Assembly: GCA_963738355.1 (NCBI GenBank)
Contig: CAVTWF010000002.1
Coordinates: forward strand, 198,720 to 262,719
Direction: 5' to 3'
Length of the DNA stretch: 64,000 nt
DNA from: an uncultured bacterium
Lineage (GTDB): Bacteria > Actinomycetota > Thermoleophilia > Solirubrobacterales > Solirubrobacteraceae
In this document: positions 20,130 to 30,349 of the stretch, in pieces
Position numbering within the stretch: the first letter of the stretch is position 1
Layout of the letters: every line of letters begins with the position of its first letter
Notes under the pieces: model-generated
Databases searched by the model: none
Told to the model about the DNA's origin: nothing
The model's input: the letters and a program-made list of their open reading frames with translations, nothing else
Program-made: the position numbers and the translations under genes

Positions 20130-22040
20130 ATGGCGGTCGCGCAAGCCACGAGATTCACCGGCCGTACCGCGTGGGCCCGCAACCTCGCGGCGCCCGTGCG
20201 CGACTTCCTCGGAACGGAGACCGGTGGCGCGGTCATGCTGCTCGGCGCGACGATCGCGGCGCTCATCTGGGCGAACCTCCCGGGCCACTCATACGAGTCG
20301 TTCTGGACGACGAAGCTCTCGATCCAGATCGGCGGCAGCGGCATCTCGACCGACCTCCGCCACTGGGTCAACGAGGGGCTCATGACGTTCTTCTTCCTCG
20401 TCGTCGGGCTCGAGGCGAAGCGCGAGCTCGACGTTGGGGAACTGCGCGAGCGCCGGCGGCTCGCGGTTCCCGTGGTAGCCGCGCTCGGCGGGATGGTCGT
20501 GCCGGTTGCGATCTATCTCGCGTTCAACGCGGGCGGGCCCGGGGCGCACGGCTGGGGCGCCGCGATGTCGACCGACACGGCATTCGCGCTCGGCGCGCTC
20601 GCGCTGCTCACGCCGCGCACGGCGACCCGGCTGCGCGTCTTCCTGCTCACGCTCGCAACGGTGGACGACCTCTGCGCGCTGCTCGTGATCGCAGTCGCGT
20701 ACTCGTCGAACATCTCGGCGCCCGCGCTCGCCGCCGCCGCGGGGTTCCTCGTCGTGCTCGTCGCGGTGCGCTACCTCCCGCTCAACCCCCGGCGCCAGCT
20801 GTTCGTGCTCGCCGCAGTCGGGCTCTGGGTCTCGCTCTTCGAGTCCGGCGTCGATCCCGTCGTCACGGGTCTCATTGCCGGTCTCGTGACGAGCGCCTAT
20901 CAGCCCTCGCGCGAGAATCTCGAGCGCGCGACGGAGCTCACGCGCTCCTTCCGGGAGCAGCCAACGGCTGAGCTCGCGCGCTCCGCACAGCTCGGCGTGC
21001 TCTCCGCGGTCTCGCCGAACGAGCGCATCCAGCGTGCCCTGCACCCGTGGACGAGCTACGTCATCGTGCCGCTCTTCGCGCTCGCGAACGCGGGCATCCA
21101 GCTCTCGGCCGGTCTTCTCGGCGAAGCGTTCGGCTCGCCCGTGACGCTCGGCATCTTCGTCGGCTACGTGGTCGGCAAGCCCGTCGGCATCCTCGCCGCG
21201 TCCTGGATCGCCACGCGTCCCTCGCTGCGTGGGCCGCGGCCGCTCGTGAGCTGGCCCGTGCTCACCGCGGGCGCAACGGTCGCGGGGATCGGGTTCACCG
21301 TCTCGCTGCTGATCTCGAGCATCGCCTTCCACGGGCGGCTGCTCGCGGAGGCGAAGATCGGCGTGTTGAGCGCCGCGATCGCGGCACCCCTGCTCGCGGC
21401 CGGCGCCGTCGCGATCCTGCGGCGGCTGCCCGCGCAGCTCCGGGCGCGCCAAATTGCCGGCACCGCGAGCGAGATCCTCGACCTCTCCGAGGACGTCGAT
21501 CCCGCACGCGACCACATCCGCGGCCCGCAGGACGCGCTCGTCACGCTCGTGGAGTACGGCGACTTCGAGTGCCCCTACTGCGGGCAAGCGGAGAGCGTCC
21601 TGCGCGAGCTCCTGGACTCCTTCGGCGACGAGCTGCGCTACGTTTGGCGCCACCTGCCCCTCAACGACGTGCACCTGCGCGCGCAGCTCGCGGCCGAAGC
21701 ATCCGAGGCAGCGGGCGCTCAGGGGGGTTTCTGGGAGATCCACGACGCGTTGCTCGCGCACCAGGACGGGCTCGACCCGCCCGCGCTCGGCCACTACGCC
21801 CAGGATCTCGGGCTCGACCTCGACCGCTTCTGGGATGAGGTGCGGCGCCACGAGCACGCGCCGCGGATCGCGGAGGACGTGGCCAGCGCGGACGCGAGCG
21901 GCGTGTCGGGCACGCCGACGTTCTTCATCAACGGCCGGCGGCACTACGGCGCCTACGACGCCGCAACCCTCACCGTCGCCGTTCGCTCGGCACGCGCACG
22001 CGCGCAGCTGCTCAGCTCGCTCCCGCAGCAGGCCGCATGA
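20130..22040 (+). CDS. nhaA: Na+/H+ antiporter NhaA with C-terminal DsbA/thioredoxin domain
   Basis: WVNEGLMTFFFLVVGLEAKRE, STDTAFALG, LATVDD, GIGFTVSL; C-term EYGDFECPYC, GTPTFFING. Confidence 0.93.
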   Translation: MAVAQATRFTGRTAWARNLAAPVRDFLGTETGGAVMLLGATIAALIWANLPGHSYESFWTTKLSIQIGGSGISTDLRHWVNEGLMTFFFLVVGLEAKRELDVGELRERRRLAVPVVAALGGMVVPVAIYLAFNAGGPGAHGWGAAMSTDTAFALGALALLTPRTATRLRVFLLTLATVDDLCALLVIAVAYSSNISAPALAAAAGFLVVLVAVRYLPLNPRRQLFVLAAVGLWVSLFESGVDPVVTGLIAGLVTSAYQPSRENLERATELTRSFREQPTAELARSAQLGVLSAVSPNERIQRALHPWTSYVIVPLFALANAGIQLSAGLLGEAFGSPVTLGIFVGYVVGKPVGILAASWIATRPSLRGPRPLVSWPVLTAGATVAGIGFTVSLLISSIAFHGRLLAEAKIGVLSAAIAAPLLAAGAVAILRRLPAQLRARQIAGTASEILDLSEDVDPARDHIRGPQDALVTLVEYGDFECPYCGQAESVLRELLDSFGDELRYVWRHLPLNDVHLRAQLAAEASEAAGAQGGFWEIHDALLAHQDGLDPPALGHYAQDLGLDLDRFWDEVRRHEHAPRIAEDVASADASGVSGTPTFFINGRRHYGAYDAATLTVAVRSARARAQLLSSLPQQAA

Positions 22041-22697
22041 TCACGGCGGTCGTCTTCGACCTCGACGGCGTTCTCGTCGACTCCGAGCGCGTATGGGCGG
22101 CGGCGCGCGAGGAAGTCGCCCGTGAGCACGGCGGCGCCTGGACGCAGGAAGCTGCGCGCGCGATGATGGGCATGAGCTCGCCGGAGTGGTCGCGGTACAT
22201 GCACGACGAGCTCCACGTCGGCCTCGCGCCCGAGGAGATCGCGGACGAGGTCGTGCGGCGCCTGACGCGTCTCTATCGCGAGCACCTGCCCTTGATGGCG
22301 GGCGCGCGGGAGGCGGTGGAGGCACTCGCCAGGCACTGGCCGCTCGGTCTCGCGTCGTCGGCGAACCGCGCTGTCTTCGAGCTCGTGCTCGAACTCGCCG
22401 CGTTGCGCGAGTTCTTCGCCGCGACGGTCTCCGCGGAAGAGGTGGCGCACGGCAAGCCCGCGCCGGACGTATATCTCGAGGCGGCGGTGAGGCTGGGCGT
22501 GAGCCCGCAGGACTGCGTCGCCGTCGAGGACTCCGCGAACGGCCTGCGCGCCGCTGCGAACGCGGGAATGCTCGTGATCGCGTATCCGAACCGCGAGTTC
22601 CCACCGGACGCCGCCGCGTTGGCACTCGCAGACGCTCGGATCAGCCTCCCTCGACGAGCTGCGCCCGGAGCTGATCGACGCGGCGCAGCGCCGCTGA
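22037..22697 (+). CDS. HAD-family phosphatase (indel near 22645)
   Basis: FDLDGVLVDSE, GKPAPDVY, VEDSANG; alternative frame ends SLDELRPELIDAAQRR* at 22697. Confidence 0.88.
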
Positions 22698-22713
22698 CCT
22701 CGCGGGCCCGCGC

Positions 22714-23133
22714 TCAGAGCGCGGGAAGCCAGCGGCCACCCACGCGCAACCCCTGCGGGTTGACGGAATCGTCGAGCGGCCGCTCGTGGGCGCCATACAC
22801 GCGCACGTCGACGAGCTGCTCGCCGTCGACGCGCACGATGAAGGCCCGCGCCAACGGCCCGAGGCGCACGCCGTCGGCGAGCTCGTAGACGGCGTCGACT
22901 TCCGCGATCCAGACGTTGTCCTCGTGCCATTCGGCGCTCACGCGGTGCGAGGCGCTGTGCAATCGTGCAACGAAGCCTTCGAGCACGGCGCGCACCGCTT
23001 CGGCGCCACCCGCCCGCTGCCCGTCCACGGTGAGGATGCGACATTCGGGCGAGGAGATCCGCATCACCGCGTCGACATCGAGCGCATCGACGGCTTGAAG
23101 CAGCTGGCCGATCGGCGACTCGCTCATCGGCAC
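22714..23133 (-). CDS. SnoaL/NTF2-like protein
   Basis: LLQAVDALDVDAV...GAEAVRAVL...DVRVY pattern, 139 aa. Confidence 0.7.
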   Translation of the reverse strand: MPMSESPIGQLLQAVDALDVDAVMRISSPECRILTVDGQRAGGAEAVRAVLEGFVARLHSASHRVSAEWHEDNVWIAEVDAVYELADGVRLGPLARAFIVRVDGEQLVDVRVYGAHERPLDDSVNPQGLRVGGRWLPAL

Positions 23134-23164
23134 GATCCTACTGCCCCCTTTCAGGCCCGATCGC

Positions 23165-25516
23165 TCAGCGCGGCACGCGCCGGCGCTCGGGGGCCCGGCC
23201 GGCCGGCTGCTCGGGCGGCTCGCGCTTGGGCGCAGCGGGGATCCGCCGCGTCAGTGGCCTCGTGCCCTTGACCGTGAGCTTCGTCCCGTGGTGCGCGATC
23301 TCCAGCGGGTCTCCGTCGAGCAGCGAGTAGGCGGCGCGCGAGCGGGTGATCTCTACGAGCAGCCGGCTGCCGCGGTAGGTGAGGCGAAACGAGAGCCGCG
23401 TGAGCGCCTGCGGCAGGCGCGGCGCGAAGGTCAACGCGCCGTTGTGGTCGCGCATGCCGCCGAGGCCCGCGACCGTGCCGATCCAGGTGCCCGCGAGCGA
23501 CGCGATGTGCAAGCCGTTGCGCGTGTTGTGCTGGAGGTCGTCGAGGTCGATCAGCGCGGACTCGCTGAGATAGTCGTAGGCGAGCTCGAGAAAACCCACC
23601 TCCGCCGCGATCACGGCTTGGGTGGCCGCGGAGAGCGAGGAGTCCCGCACCGTGAGCGCCTCGTAGTAGGCGAAGTCGCGCGCCTTCTCCTCGTCGCTGA
23701 AGGCGTCGCCGCGAAGGTGCAGCGCGAGCACGAGGTCCGCCTGCTTGACGACCTGCTTGCGGTAGAGCTCGAAGTAAGGGAAGTGCAGGAACAGCGGATA
23801 CTGATCCGCGTGCGTCGCAGCGAAGTCCCACACGCCGTGCTGCGTGAACGATTCCGCCTGCGGATGCACCTCGCGCTCGTGGTCGTAGGGCACCATCATC
23901 GCCTGTGCTGCGTCGCGCCAGCTCGCCGCTTCCTCCTCGTCGACGCCAAGCTCCGCCGCGCGCCGCGGGTGTGCCTCGATCATGCTGAACGCCTCGCGCA
24001 TGTTGCGCTCGGCCATCAGGTTCGTGTAGACGTTGTTGTCGGCGATCGCGCTGTACTCGTCCGGCCCTGTGACGCCGTCGATGCGAAAGCGCCCCGCGGC
24101 GTCGTGGTGGCCGAGCGAGCGCCACAGGCGCGCGGTCTCGACGAGCAGCTCGAGCCCCTGCTGGGCCCCGAACTCCTCGTCACCCGTCGCCGCGTGATAG
24201 CGGATGGTTGCGTCGGCGACCGCGGCGCCGATGTGAAACGCGGCGGTCCCCGCGGGCCAGTAGCCGGAGCACTCCTGGCCGCGGATCGTCCGCCACGGGA
24301 ACGCCGCCCCCCTGAGCCCGAGCACCCGTGCGCGCTCGCGCGCGAGGTCGAGCGTTCGATGGCGCCAGAGCAGAGCATCGCGCGCCGCCTGGGGAACGGT
24401 GTAGGTGAGCACGGGCAACACAAAGGCCTCCGTGTCCCAGAACGTCTGGCCGTCGTAGCCGGGGCCGGTGAGACCCTTCGCAGGGATCGCGCGCTGCTCC
24501 GCACGCGCCCCGGACTGCAGCGTGTGAAAGAGCGCGAAGCGCAGCGCGACCTGAAGTTCGGCGTCGCCCTGCACCTCGACGCCTGAGCGTTCCCAGAAGT
24601 CGTCGAGGTAGGCGCGCTGCTCGCTCGTCATCCCGTCCCATCCCGTGTGCCGCGCCTCCGCGAGCGCGGCGCGGACCTGGTCGCGGACCGCGCTCGTCGA
24701 GCGCTGGCTCGACCATCCGTAGGCCAGAAACTTGACGATCCGCAGCGGTCGCCCCGGCGCAACCTCCGCCGCCACCGTGAAACGCGCGATTTCGGCGAAG
24801 GTTTCGATGCTCGTGTCGGTTCCGTCGGGGCCTTCGACGACGTGGTCCATCGCGGCGGCCATCGTCAGGCCGCTCGCTGCGGTCGAGTGCACGAGCACGG
24901 CGATCGTCCCCTCGCCGCCGAAGAACTCCGGGCGCAGCGGGGCGCTGGCATCGCCGCCGCGCGGGTCGCCGTCGCCGTCCGGCAACGGCTCGTTGGCGAC
25001 CAGCTCTGACTGGACCACGACGCGCGTCTCGACCTCGAGCGGCTCGACCTCGTAGAGGATCGCGGCGACGGCGCGCTGGGTAAAGGAGACGAGACGGGTG
25101 GTGCTCACGCGCACCCCGCGCCCAGAGGGGGACAGCCACTCGACGTTGCGTCGCAGGACGCCGTCGCGGAAGTCGAGCTCGCGCTCGTGCGAGCGCAGCT
25201 CGCCGTAGCGGACATCGAAGGGCTCGTCGTCCACGAGCAGGCGTATGACCTTGCCGTTCGTGACGTTGACGAGCGCCTGGCTCGACTCCGGGTTCCCGTA
25301 GCCCGCCTCCGCGTACGGCAGCGGACGGACCTCGTAGAACGCGTTTAGGTAGGTGCCGGGCGTGGCCGCGGGCTCGCCCTCGTCGAGGTTCCCGCGCAGG
25401 CCGATGTGGCCGTTCGCGAGCGCGAACACCGACTCCGTCTGCGCGAGCCGCTCCAAATCGAGCCGGGTCTCGCGCGCCGCCCAGGGCTCGACGACGAACG
25501 CCGACTGCTTGATCAT
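23165..25516 (-). CDS. Glycoside hydrolase family 65 (trehalose/kojibiose/maltose phosphorylase)
   Basis: Start MIKQSAF; ESVFALANGHIGLRG, AKGLTGPGYDGQTFWDTE, GVTGPDEY, KQADLVL. Confidence 0.95.
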   Translation of the reverse strand: MIKQSAFVVEPWAARETRLDLERLAQTESVFALANGHIGLRGNLDEGEPAATPGTYLNAFYEVRPLPYAEAGYGNPESSQALVNVTNGKVIRLLVDDEPFDVRYGELRSHERELDFRDGVLRRNVEWLSPSGRGVRVSTTRLVSFTQRAVAAILYEVEPLEVETRVVVQSELVANEPLPDGDGDPRGGDASAPLRPEFFGGEGTIAVLVHSTAASGLTMAAAMDHVVEGPDGTDTSIETFAEIARFTVAAEVAPGRPLRIVKFLAYGWSSQRSTSAVRDQVRAALAEARHTGWDGMTSEQRAYLDDFWERSGVEVQGDAELQVALRFALFHTLQSGARAEQRAIPAKGLTGPGYDGQTFWDTEAFVLPVLTYTVPQAARDALLWRHRTLDLARERARVLGLRGAAFPWRTIRGQECSGYWPAGTAAFHIGAAVADATIRYHAATGDEEFGAQQGLELLVETARLWRSLGHHDAAGRFRIDGVTGPDEYSAIADNNVYTNLMAERNMREAFSMIEAHPRRAAELGVDEEEAASWRDAAQAMMVPYDHEREVHPQAESFTQHGVWDFAATHADQYPLFLHFPYFELYRKQVVKQADLVLALHLRGDAFSDEEKARDFAYYEALTVRDSSLSAATQAVIAAEVGFLELAYDYLSESALIDLDDLQHNTRNGLHIASLAGTWIGTVAGLGGMRDHNGALTFAPRLPQALTRLSFRLTYRGSRLLVEITRSRAAYSLLDGDPLEIAHHGTKLTVKGTRPLTRRIPAAPKREPPEQPAGRAPERRRVPR

Positions 25517-26256
25517 GCTCGCTCCAGCAGCTCGGCGAGATCGGCGACGACGATGTCCGCTCCGTGCTCGCGCAGCGCGTCGGCTTGGCCCACCCGATCG
25601 ACACCGACGACGCAGCCGAAGCGCCCCGCGCGGCCCGCTTCGACCCCTGCGATCGCGTCCTCGAAGACGACGGCCTGTGCCGGCGCGACGTCGAGCGACC
25701 GCGCTCCCGCGAGGTAGGTGTCCGGCGCGGGCTTGCCCTTCAGACGCTCGCGCTCGGCCACCACGCCGTCTACGATCGCTTCGAAGAGCTGCTCGATGTG
25801 CGCCGCAGCGAGGACGTCCCGGCAGTTCCTGCTCGAGGAGACCACCGCACGCCGCAGGCCGGCGTCGCGCGCGGCTTCGACGAACCGGACCGAGCCCTCG
25901 TAGGGCTCGACGCCGCGCTCGTGGAGGAGTCGCAAGAAGATCTCGTTGTTGCGGTTGCCGATCCCGTCGACGCTCTCGGCGCTCGGGGGATCGCTTGGGT
26001 CGCCCTGCGGGAGCTCGATGCCCCGCGACGCAAGGAACGAGCGCACGCCGTCGTAACGCGGGCGCCCGTCGACGTAGTTGTCGTAGTCCTCGACAGGGTC
26101 GAACGGGACGAACTCCTCGCCGCGCTGCGCCGCGCGTTCGCGCAGGTAACCGTCGAAGGCCTCCTTCCAGGCCGCCGCGTGGAGCGTCGCGGTCTGCGTG
26201 AGCACGCCGTCGAGATCGAACAGGCACGCCTCGATGTCCGTGGGCAGTCCGAGCAC
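25513..26256 (-). CDS. Beta-phosphoglucomutase-family HAD hydrolase
   Basis: FDLDGVLTQTA.LHAAAWK, VDGRPRYDGVRSFL, GKPAPDTY; overlaps GH65 start. Confidence 0.92.
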   Translation of the reverse strand: MLGLPTDIEACLFDLDGVLTQTATLHAAAWKEAFDGYLRERAAQRGEEFVPFDPVEDYDNYVDGRPRYDGVRSFLASRGIELPQGDPSDPPSAESVDGIGNRNNEIFLRLLHERGVEPYEGSVRFVEAARDAGLRRAVVSSSRNCRDVLAAAHIEQLFEAIVDGVVAERERLKGKPAPDTYLAGARSLDVAPAQAVVFEDAIAGVEAGRAGRFGCVVGVDRVGQADALREHGADIVVADLAELLERA

Positions 26257-26284
26257 ACAGGCACGGTAACCGCCGCCGCCGCCG

Positions 26285-27013
26285 TCATGCCCCTCGCCGC
26301 GCCACCGGCAGGTAGGCGGCGCCGACGACGAGCGCGAGTGCCGCGGCGATGAACAACGGTGGAGCGAGACTCGTCTTCAGCAGGAGCGCCCCCGCGATGG
26401 CTCCCAGCAGCATCGCGAGCGCCGCCGCTGCTCGGCGCGCCCCGCCCTTCCCGGAGCCACCGGCGAGGCGCGAGTCCGCCGCGAGCCCCGTCAGCGTCAT
26501 CGTGAGCACCGTGGTCGTCAGGTCGGGGACGGCGAAGCGGCGAACCGTGGCGTTGCGAACCCCCATCGCAACTGCGAGCAGCGCGATCAGCGCGTCCCCG
26601 GAGAATGCGTCGGGCTTGATGTCAAACGCGGCGGCGAGGATCGCGGCAACGGCGATCAGCGCCACCTCCGCGCCGAGCGCCCGCGTGACATGCGCACGAT
26701 GCCGCTCGCCGACGCGCCTTGCGAGCATCCCGCCCGCTACCGCGCCCACGAGGAAGGCACCAAGTGAGATCAGCGGCGCGAGCACCGGAAGCCCGCCGCT
26801 ACCCGCGATCCCGAAGCCGAGCAGGACGACGTTGCCGGTCATGTTCGCGGTGAAGACACGTCCGAGGCCGAGGTAGCTGACGGCGTCGACGAGGCCGGTT
26901 GTGAACGTCAGCACGAGCAGCACCCGCACGAGCGGATGGCGGACGCTCGTCACGGGCAGGCCGTTGCCAGCACCCTCCTCGGCAGCGCGCGCGCCCGCGG
27001 TCCTCTCACTCAT
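26285..27013 (-). CDS. YoaK/DUF1275 family membrane protein
   Basis: TGLVDAVSYLGLGRVFTANMTGNVVLLG, AMGVRNA, TTTVLTMTLT. Confidence 0.9.
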   Translation of the reverse strand: MSERTAGARAAEEGAGNGLPVTSVRHPLVRVLLVLTFTTGLVDAVSYLGLGRVFTANMTGNVVLLGFGIAGSGGLPVLAPLISLGAFLVGAVAGGMLARRVGERHRAHVTRALGAEVALIAVAAILAAAFDIKPDAFSGDALIALLAVAMGVRNATVRRFAVPDLTTTVLTMTLTGLAADSRLAGGSGKGGARRAAAALAMLLGAIAGALLLKTSLAPPLFIAAALALVVGAAYLPVARRGA

Positions 27014-27119
27014 CGACTCACCTCCGGTAGCGTGGACGCGGCATGCGGTCGCGCGCCGCCATTGATTCCTAGTCGCTTTTCGCTTCGTGCGTCGAGTCGC
27101 GTCCGATGGGCGGCCGGAG

Positions 27120-27875
27120 TCAGCGAGCGTCCCGAAGGACGTCCTCGAGCGTGCGGCCGCTGAGCACCGACGCGGGCTCCTCGGCGACGACATCGGAGCC
27201 GGGACGCGCCTCGTCGTCGCGCCGCTTGACGAGCAGCCACTGGGGCTTTGCGCCCGTCCCGGTGCGCTGCAGCGCATAGCCGCCGCGGAGCTTGCGCCCG
27301 TGCAGCACGAACACGGCGTGCCCGCGGTCCAACGCCTCCGGCCACGCGACCCTGCCTCCCTGCTCGTAGGGGCCGCGATCCCAGACCACGACGCCGCCGG
27401 ACTCCGTCGGCCCCTCGAAGGAGTTGTGCTCGAGGTCATGGTCATCGACCTGCACCGCGAGCCGCTTCACCGCGGGGTCGAGCGAGGGTCCCTTCGGCAG
27501 CGCCCACGAGCGCATGACCCCGTCGACCTCCAGGCGCAGGTCGAAGTGGCGCGTGCTCGCGGCATGCTGTTGCACCACGAACACGCCCGCGCTCACCCCG
27601 CGCACGGCGAACTGCTCGTGCCCCTCGACGGGCACGTCGTTCACGTCAACGCTCGAAACCGCGGCGCCGCGCGGGCCCTCGCGCAGGAAGTCGAGAAGTG
27701 CGTCGAGGGCGGACGGCGAGCCCTCGGCGTGCACGCCGACGGTGCCGTCGGGCTCGTTTCGAACCCAGCCCATCAACCCGGCCTGAAGCGCGCGCCGGCG
27801 CGTCGCCTCGCGAAACCCGACGCCTTGCACGGCGCCTGCGACGACGACGCGGATCGCGCGGCGCTCGGCAGCCAT
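27120..27875 (-). CDS. Acylphosphatase fused to LigD 3'-phosphoesterase domain
   Basis: N-term GAVQGVGFR...GWVRNEPDGTV (AcyP); C-term FVVQQHAASTRHFDLRLEVDGVMRSWALPKGPS...HDLEH..FEG (LigD PE). Confidence 0.9.
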   Translation of the reverse strand: MAAERRAIRVVVAGAVQGVGFREATRRRALQAGLMGWVRNEPDGTVGVHAEGSPSALDALLDFLREGPRGAAVSSVDVNDVPVEGHEQFAVRGVSAGVFVVQQHAASTRHFDLRLEVDGVMRSWALPKGPSLDPAVKRLAVQVDDHDLEHNSFEGPTESGGVVVWDRGPYEQGGRVAWPEALDRGHAVFVLHGRKLRGGYALQRTGTGAKPQWLLVKRRDDEARPGSDVVAEEPASVLSGRTLEDVLRDAR

Positions 27876-27878
27876 CGG

Positions 27879-28265
27879 TCAGCTCGTGTCGGCGCGCCGC
27901 AGCCGCCGCCGCTGGCCCGTGAGCTGCCACGGCCCGGGCGTCACGTCGAGCACGACGTTCACGAGCCACACGATCACCGTTGCCGCGACGAGCTCCCAGA
28001 AGCCGTGGATCTGAAAGCCGCTCACGATCGCTTCCGTGAGCACGAGCATGAGCAGCGAGACGAAGAACCACGCGACCCCGAACGTGAGGATCGCGAGCGG
28101 AAGCGTCACGAGTCGCAGGAACGGCTTCAGCAGCGTGTTGAGCACGCCGAACACCGCGGCCGCCGCAAGCAGCGCGCCGGCACTCGTCGCGTCCACGCCC
28201 GGGAGCACAGCGACCACGACTCCCAGCACGATCGCATTCGTGAGCCATGAGATGACGAGGCGCAC
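27879..28265 (-). CDS. Four-TM membrane protein, phage holin-like (YvlD/DUF360 type)
   Basis: AAAVFGVLNTLLKPFLRLVTLPLAILTFG, GFQIHGFW. Confidence 0.85.
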   Translation of the reverse strand: MRLVISWLTNAIVLGVVVAVLPGVDATSAGALLAAAAVFGVLNTLLKPFLRLVTLPLAILTFGVAWFFVSLLMLVLTEAIVSGFQIHGFWELVAATVIVWLVNVVLDVTPGPWQLTGQRRRLRRADTS

Positions 28266-28300
28266 GAGCAGCGATGGTTGACGATCAGGACTCAGGGCGA

Positions 28301-29387
28301 TCAGCCTCCGGCCCCAAGCCTAGGCAACTGAGCGAGCCTGAAGCCACCGCGCACGAGGTTGGGAGCCGTGACGCGAAGCGCGGGGACGGTCTCGCTGGTG
28401 ACCAGGCCGCCGCTCGTCGTGAGCTCGTCGATCACGTCGAACCACTTTGCGGCACGTGCGGGCGTGTCGACGATCTCCGCCACCACGGGCACATTGCGCC
28501 GCAGCTGCCAAAACGAGTCACCGTGCGGCGCCTGCGCACCGTGATATCCCCAAACGCCGCGCATCACCGTGACCCCGGCCGCCCCCGCCTCGCGGAGCGC
28601 TCTCACGAGCCGGTGGTAGGTCGGGTGCCCCCCGACGCGCGAGAGCTCGGAGACGTAGACCGTCAGCTTCTGCCAGACCGCCAGCCCCGAGGGATCGGTG
28701 TCGTACAACGAATGCGGTCGTGCGAGCAGCTCGCCGTCGCGCTTGCACACGCGCGCTCGCTCGAGCGTGACGGCGGGCCGCGCGAGCATCGAGCCGACCT
28801 CGGGAAGGAGCTCCGCGATCATCCGGCCGTCACCCACGGCGACAACTGCGAGCGGCACCTCGGCGTTGCGCGCGAAGAAGCTCGCGCGCCGACGGGCCCC
28901 GTCTGAGGTGCCGTCCACTCCCAGGAGCACCGTCGCACCGGCGACGCCTCGCCGGTGAAGCAGCGCGACGATCTGCTGCCAGAGCGGCCGGCCGTTTGCC
29001 CGCTCGTGCCTGCCGACATACACGGTGAGCTTCGTCTCCGGCTGGCGCCCCGGCGAATCGCGCAGCGCCTCGCCGGTCGTGAGCAGCTTTGCGCGCTCGA
29101 GCGTGATCAGCCCGTCGAAGCGCAGGCTGCTGACCTCGCCGAGCGCGGCCTCGATCCGGCCCGCGGTGATCGACGGCGACGGAGACGAGCGGGAGATCCT
29201 CCGAGAGCGTCAGCAAGCGATCGCTGCGCAGGTGATGCTTCGCGCCAAAGCCTTCCACGCCCCGCATCACGAGGCTCGTGTGAATCCGATGGCGGGCGTA
29301 CACGTCGACGAACGCGTCCGCGAGAAAGCCGGCGCCGGAACGGTCGCGCTCGCCGAAGTACGTCGTGAGCTTCAGGGAGTCGCTCAC
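28301..29387 (-). CDS. DUF190 (PII-like) triple-domain protein (indel near 29165)
   Basis: KLTTYFGERDR...RGVEGFG...LSEDLP; KLTVYVGRHER; KLTVYVSE...RGVWGYHG. Confidence 0.87.
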
Positions 29388-29749
29388 AGTGACGCTCCGA
29401 GATGCCGTCCCGCCCACACGGCGGCGATGCCGACCACGAGGCTGAACACGAAGTTGAACGCACCGAGCGTCAGCTCGCCGTCCTCGCCGAGACGGTGACT
29501 CTCGAACGCCCACGTGCTGAACGTCGTGAAGGCGCCGACCAGGCCGGTGCCGAGTATCAGATAGGAGTCGGAGTCGAGCGCGGCGCCCGCGAGCGCTCCG
29601 AGCACAAAGGCCCCCGTGACGTTCACGGCCAGCGTTCCGTAGGGCAGCTTGCTGCGCAGACGCGAGCTCACGGCGCCATCGAGGAGGAAGCGCGCGACGG
29701 CGCCTGCCCCTCCCACGAACGCGACCGCCACCGCGACGAGCGGGCTCAT
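29384..29749 (-). CDS. crcB: Fluoride efflux channel Fluc/CrcB
   Basis: [32 protein letters not shown]. Confidence 0.92.
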   Translation of the reverse strand: MSPLVAVAVAFVGGAGAVARFLLDGAVSSRLRSKLPYGTLAVNVTGAFVLGALAGAALDSDSYLILGTGLVGAFTTFSTWAFESHRLGEDGELTLGAFNFVFSLVVGIAAVWAGRHLGASL

Positions 29750-30141
29750 CGCAGGCCCCGCCCGCGGCGCACGACGTTCGTCGCGAATGCCACCGCCGTG
29801 AAACCGGCCGCGATGCTGAGGAGCGCGTAGGCGAAGGCGAGCGCGAGCTCGCCGGCGTCGAGCATTCGCAGGAGCTCGAGCTGCATCGTGGAGAAGGTCG
29901 TGAGCGCGCCGCAGAAGCCGGTGCCGAGCAGCGGCCTGCGATACGCGGAGACGGGCAGCCGCTCCTGGAGCCTCGTGCTGAGATAGCCGAGCGCGAATGC
30001 TCCGACGATGTTGACGAGAAAGGTCGCCCACGGCCACTTGCCGACTTCGTAGGGCAGCGCCACCGCGAGCTCGGCGCGTGCGAGCGCGCCGACGACGCCG
30101 CCGGCGAAGATCGCGGCGAGCTCGCGAGCGTCAAGCGACAT
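29746..30141 (-). CDS. crcB: Fluoride efflux channel Fluc/CrcB
   Basis: [32 protein letters not shown]. Confidence 0.93.
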   Translation of the reverse strand: MSLDARELAAIFAGGVVGALARAELAVALPYEVGKWPWATFLVNIVGAFALGYLSTRLQERLPVSAYRRPLLGTGFCGALTTFSTMQLELLRMLDAGELALAFAYALLSIAAGFTAVAFATNVVRRGRGLR

Positions 30142-30208
30142 GCGTTGACTCCCGGTGATCGCCAAGGCGGCGAGCGCCGTCCGAGCTGATGGCGATGAAG
30201 CGCTCCAT
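30131..30208 (-). CDS. Possible 25-aa leader peptide overlapping crcB start
   Basis: GGAGG SD then ATG: [25 protein letters not shown]; stop lies inside the first crcB codons. Confidence 0.4.
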   Translation of the reverse strand: MERFIAISSDGARRLGDHRESTHVA

Positions 30209-30238
30209 GCGGTCCTCCACTCAACGTCGAGATGCAGT

Positions 30239-30291
30239 TGGTAGAGGCCATCGGCGGCGGCGCCGCGGTTATAGAGCGAGCCTCATCGCTC
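30239..30291 (-). ncRNA. Fluoride riboswitch (crcB motif)
   Basis: Minus strand AGCGATGAGGCTCGCT...AACCGC...GCCGATGGCCTCTAC fits the consensus; upstream of two crcB genes. Confidence 0.92.
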
Positions 30292-30349
30292 GGGCTCGCA
30301 CCTTAGCAACGCGAGGAGTGCCACCCGTTTCGTGAGACCGCGGTGTCAA

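Noticed and set aside
20130-22040. NhaA-DsbA fusion as a novelty
   Set aside because: Already a recognised architecture in actinobacteria
23165-26227. 1020-aa ORF as one protein
   Set aside because: Its N-terminal part overlaps the beta-PGM gene in another frame; GH65 starts at 25516
27879-28265. Prophage lysis gene
   Set aside because: This holin-like family is commonly chromosomal and no endolysin or phage structural genes are nearby
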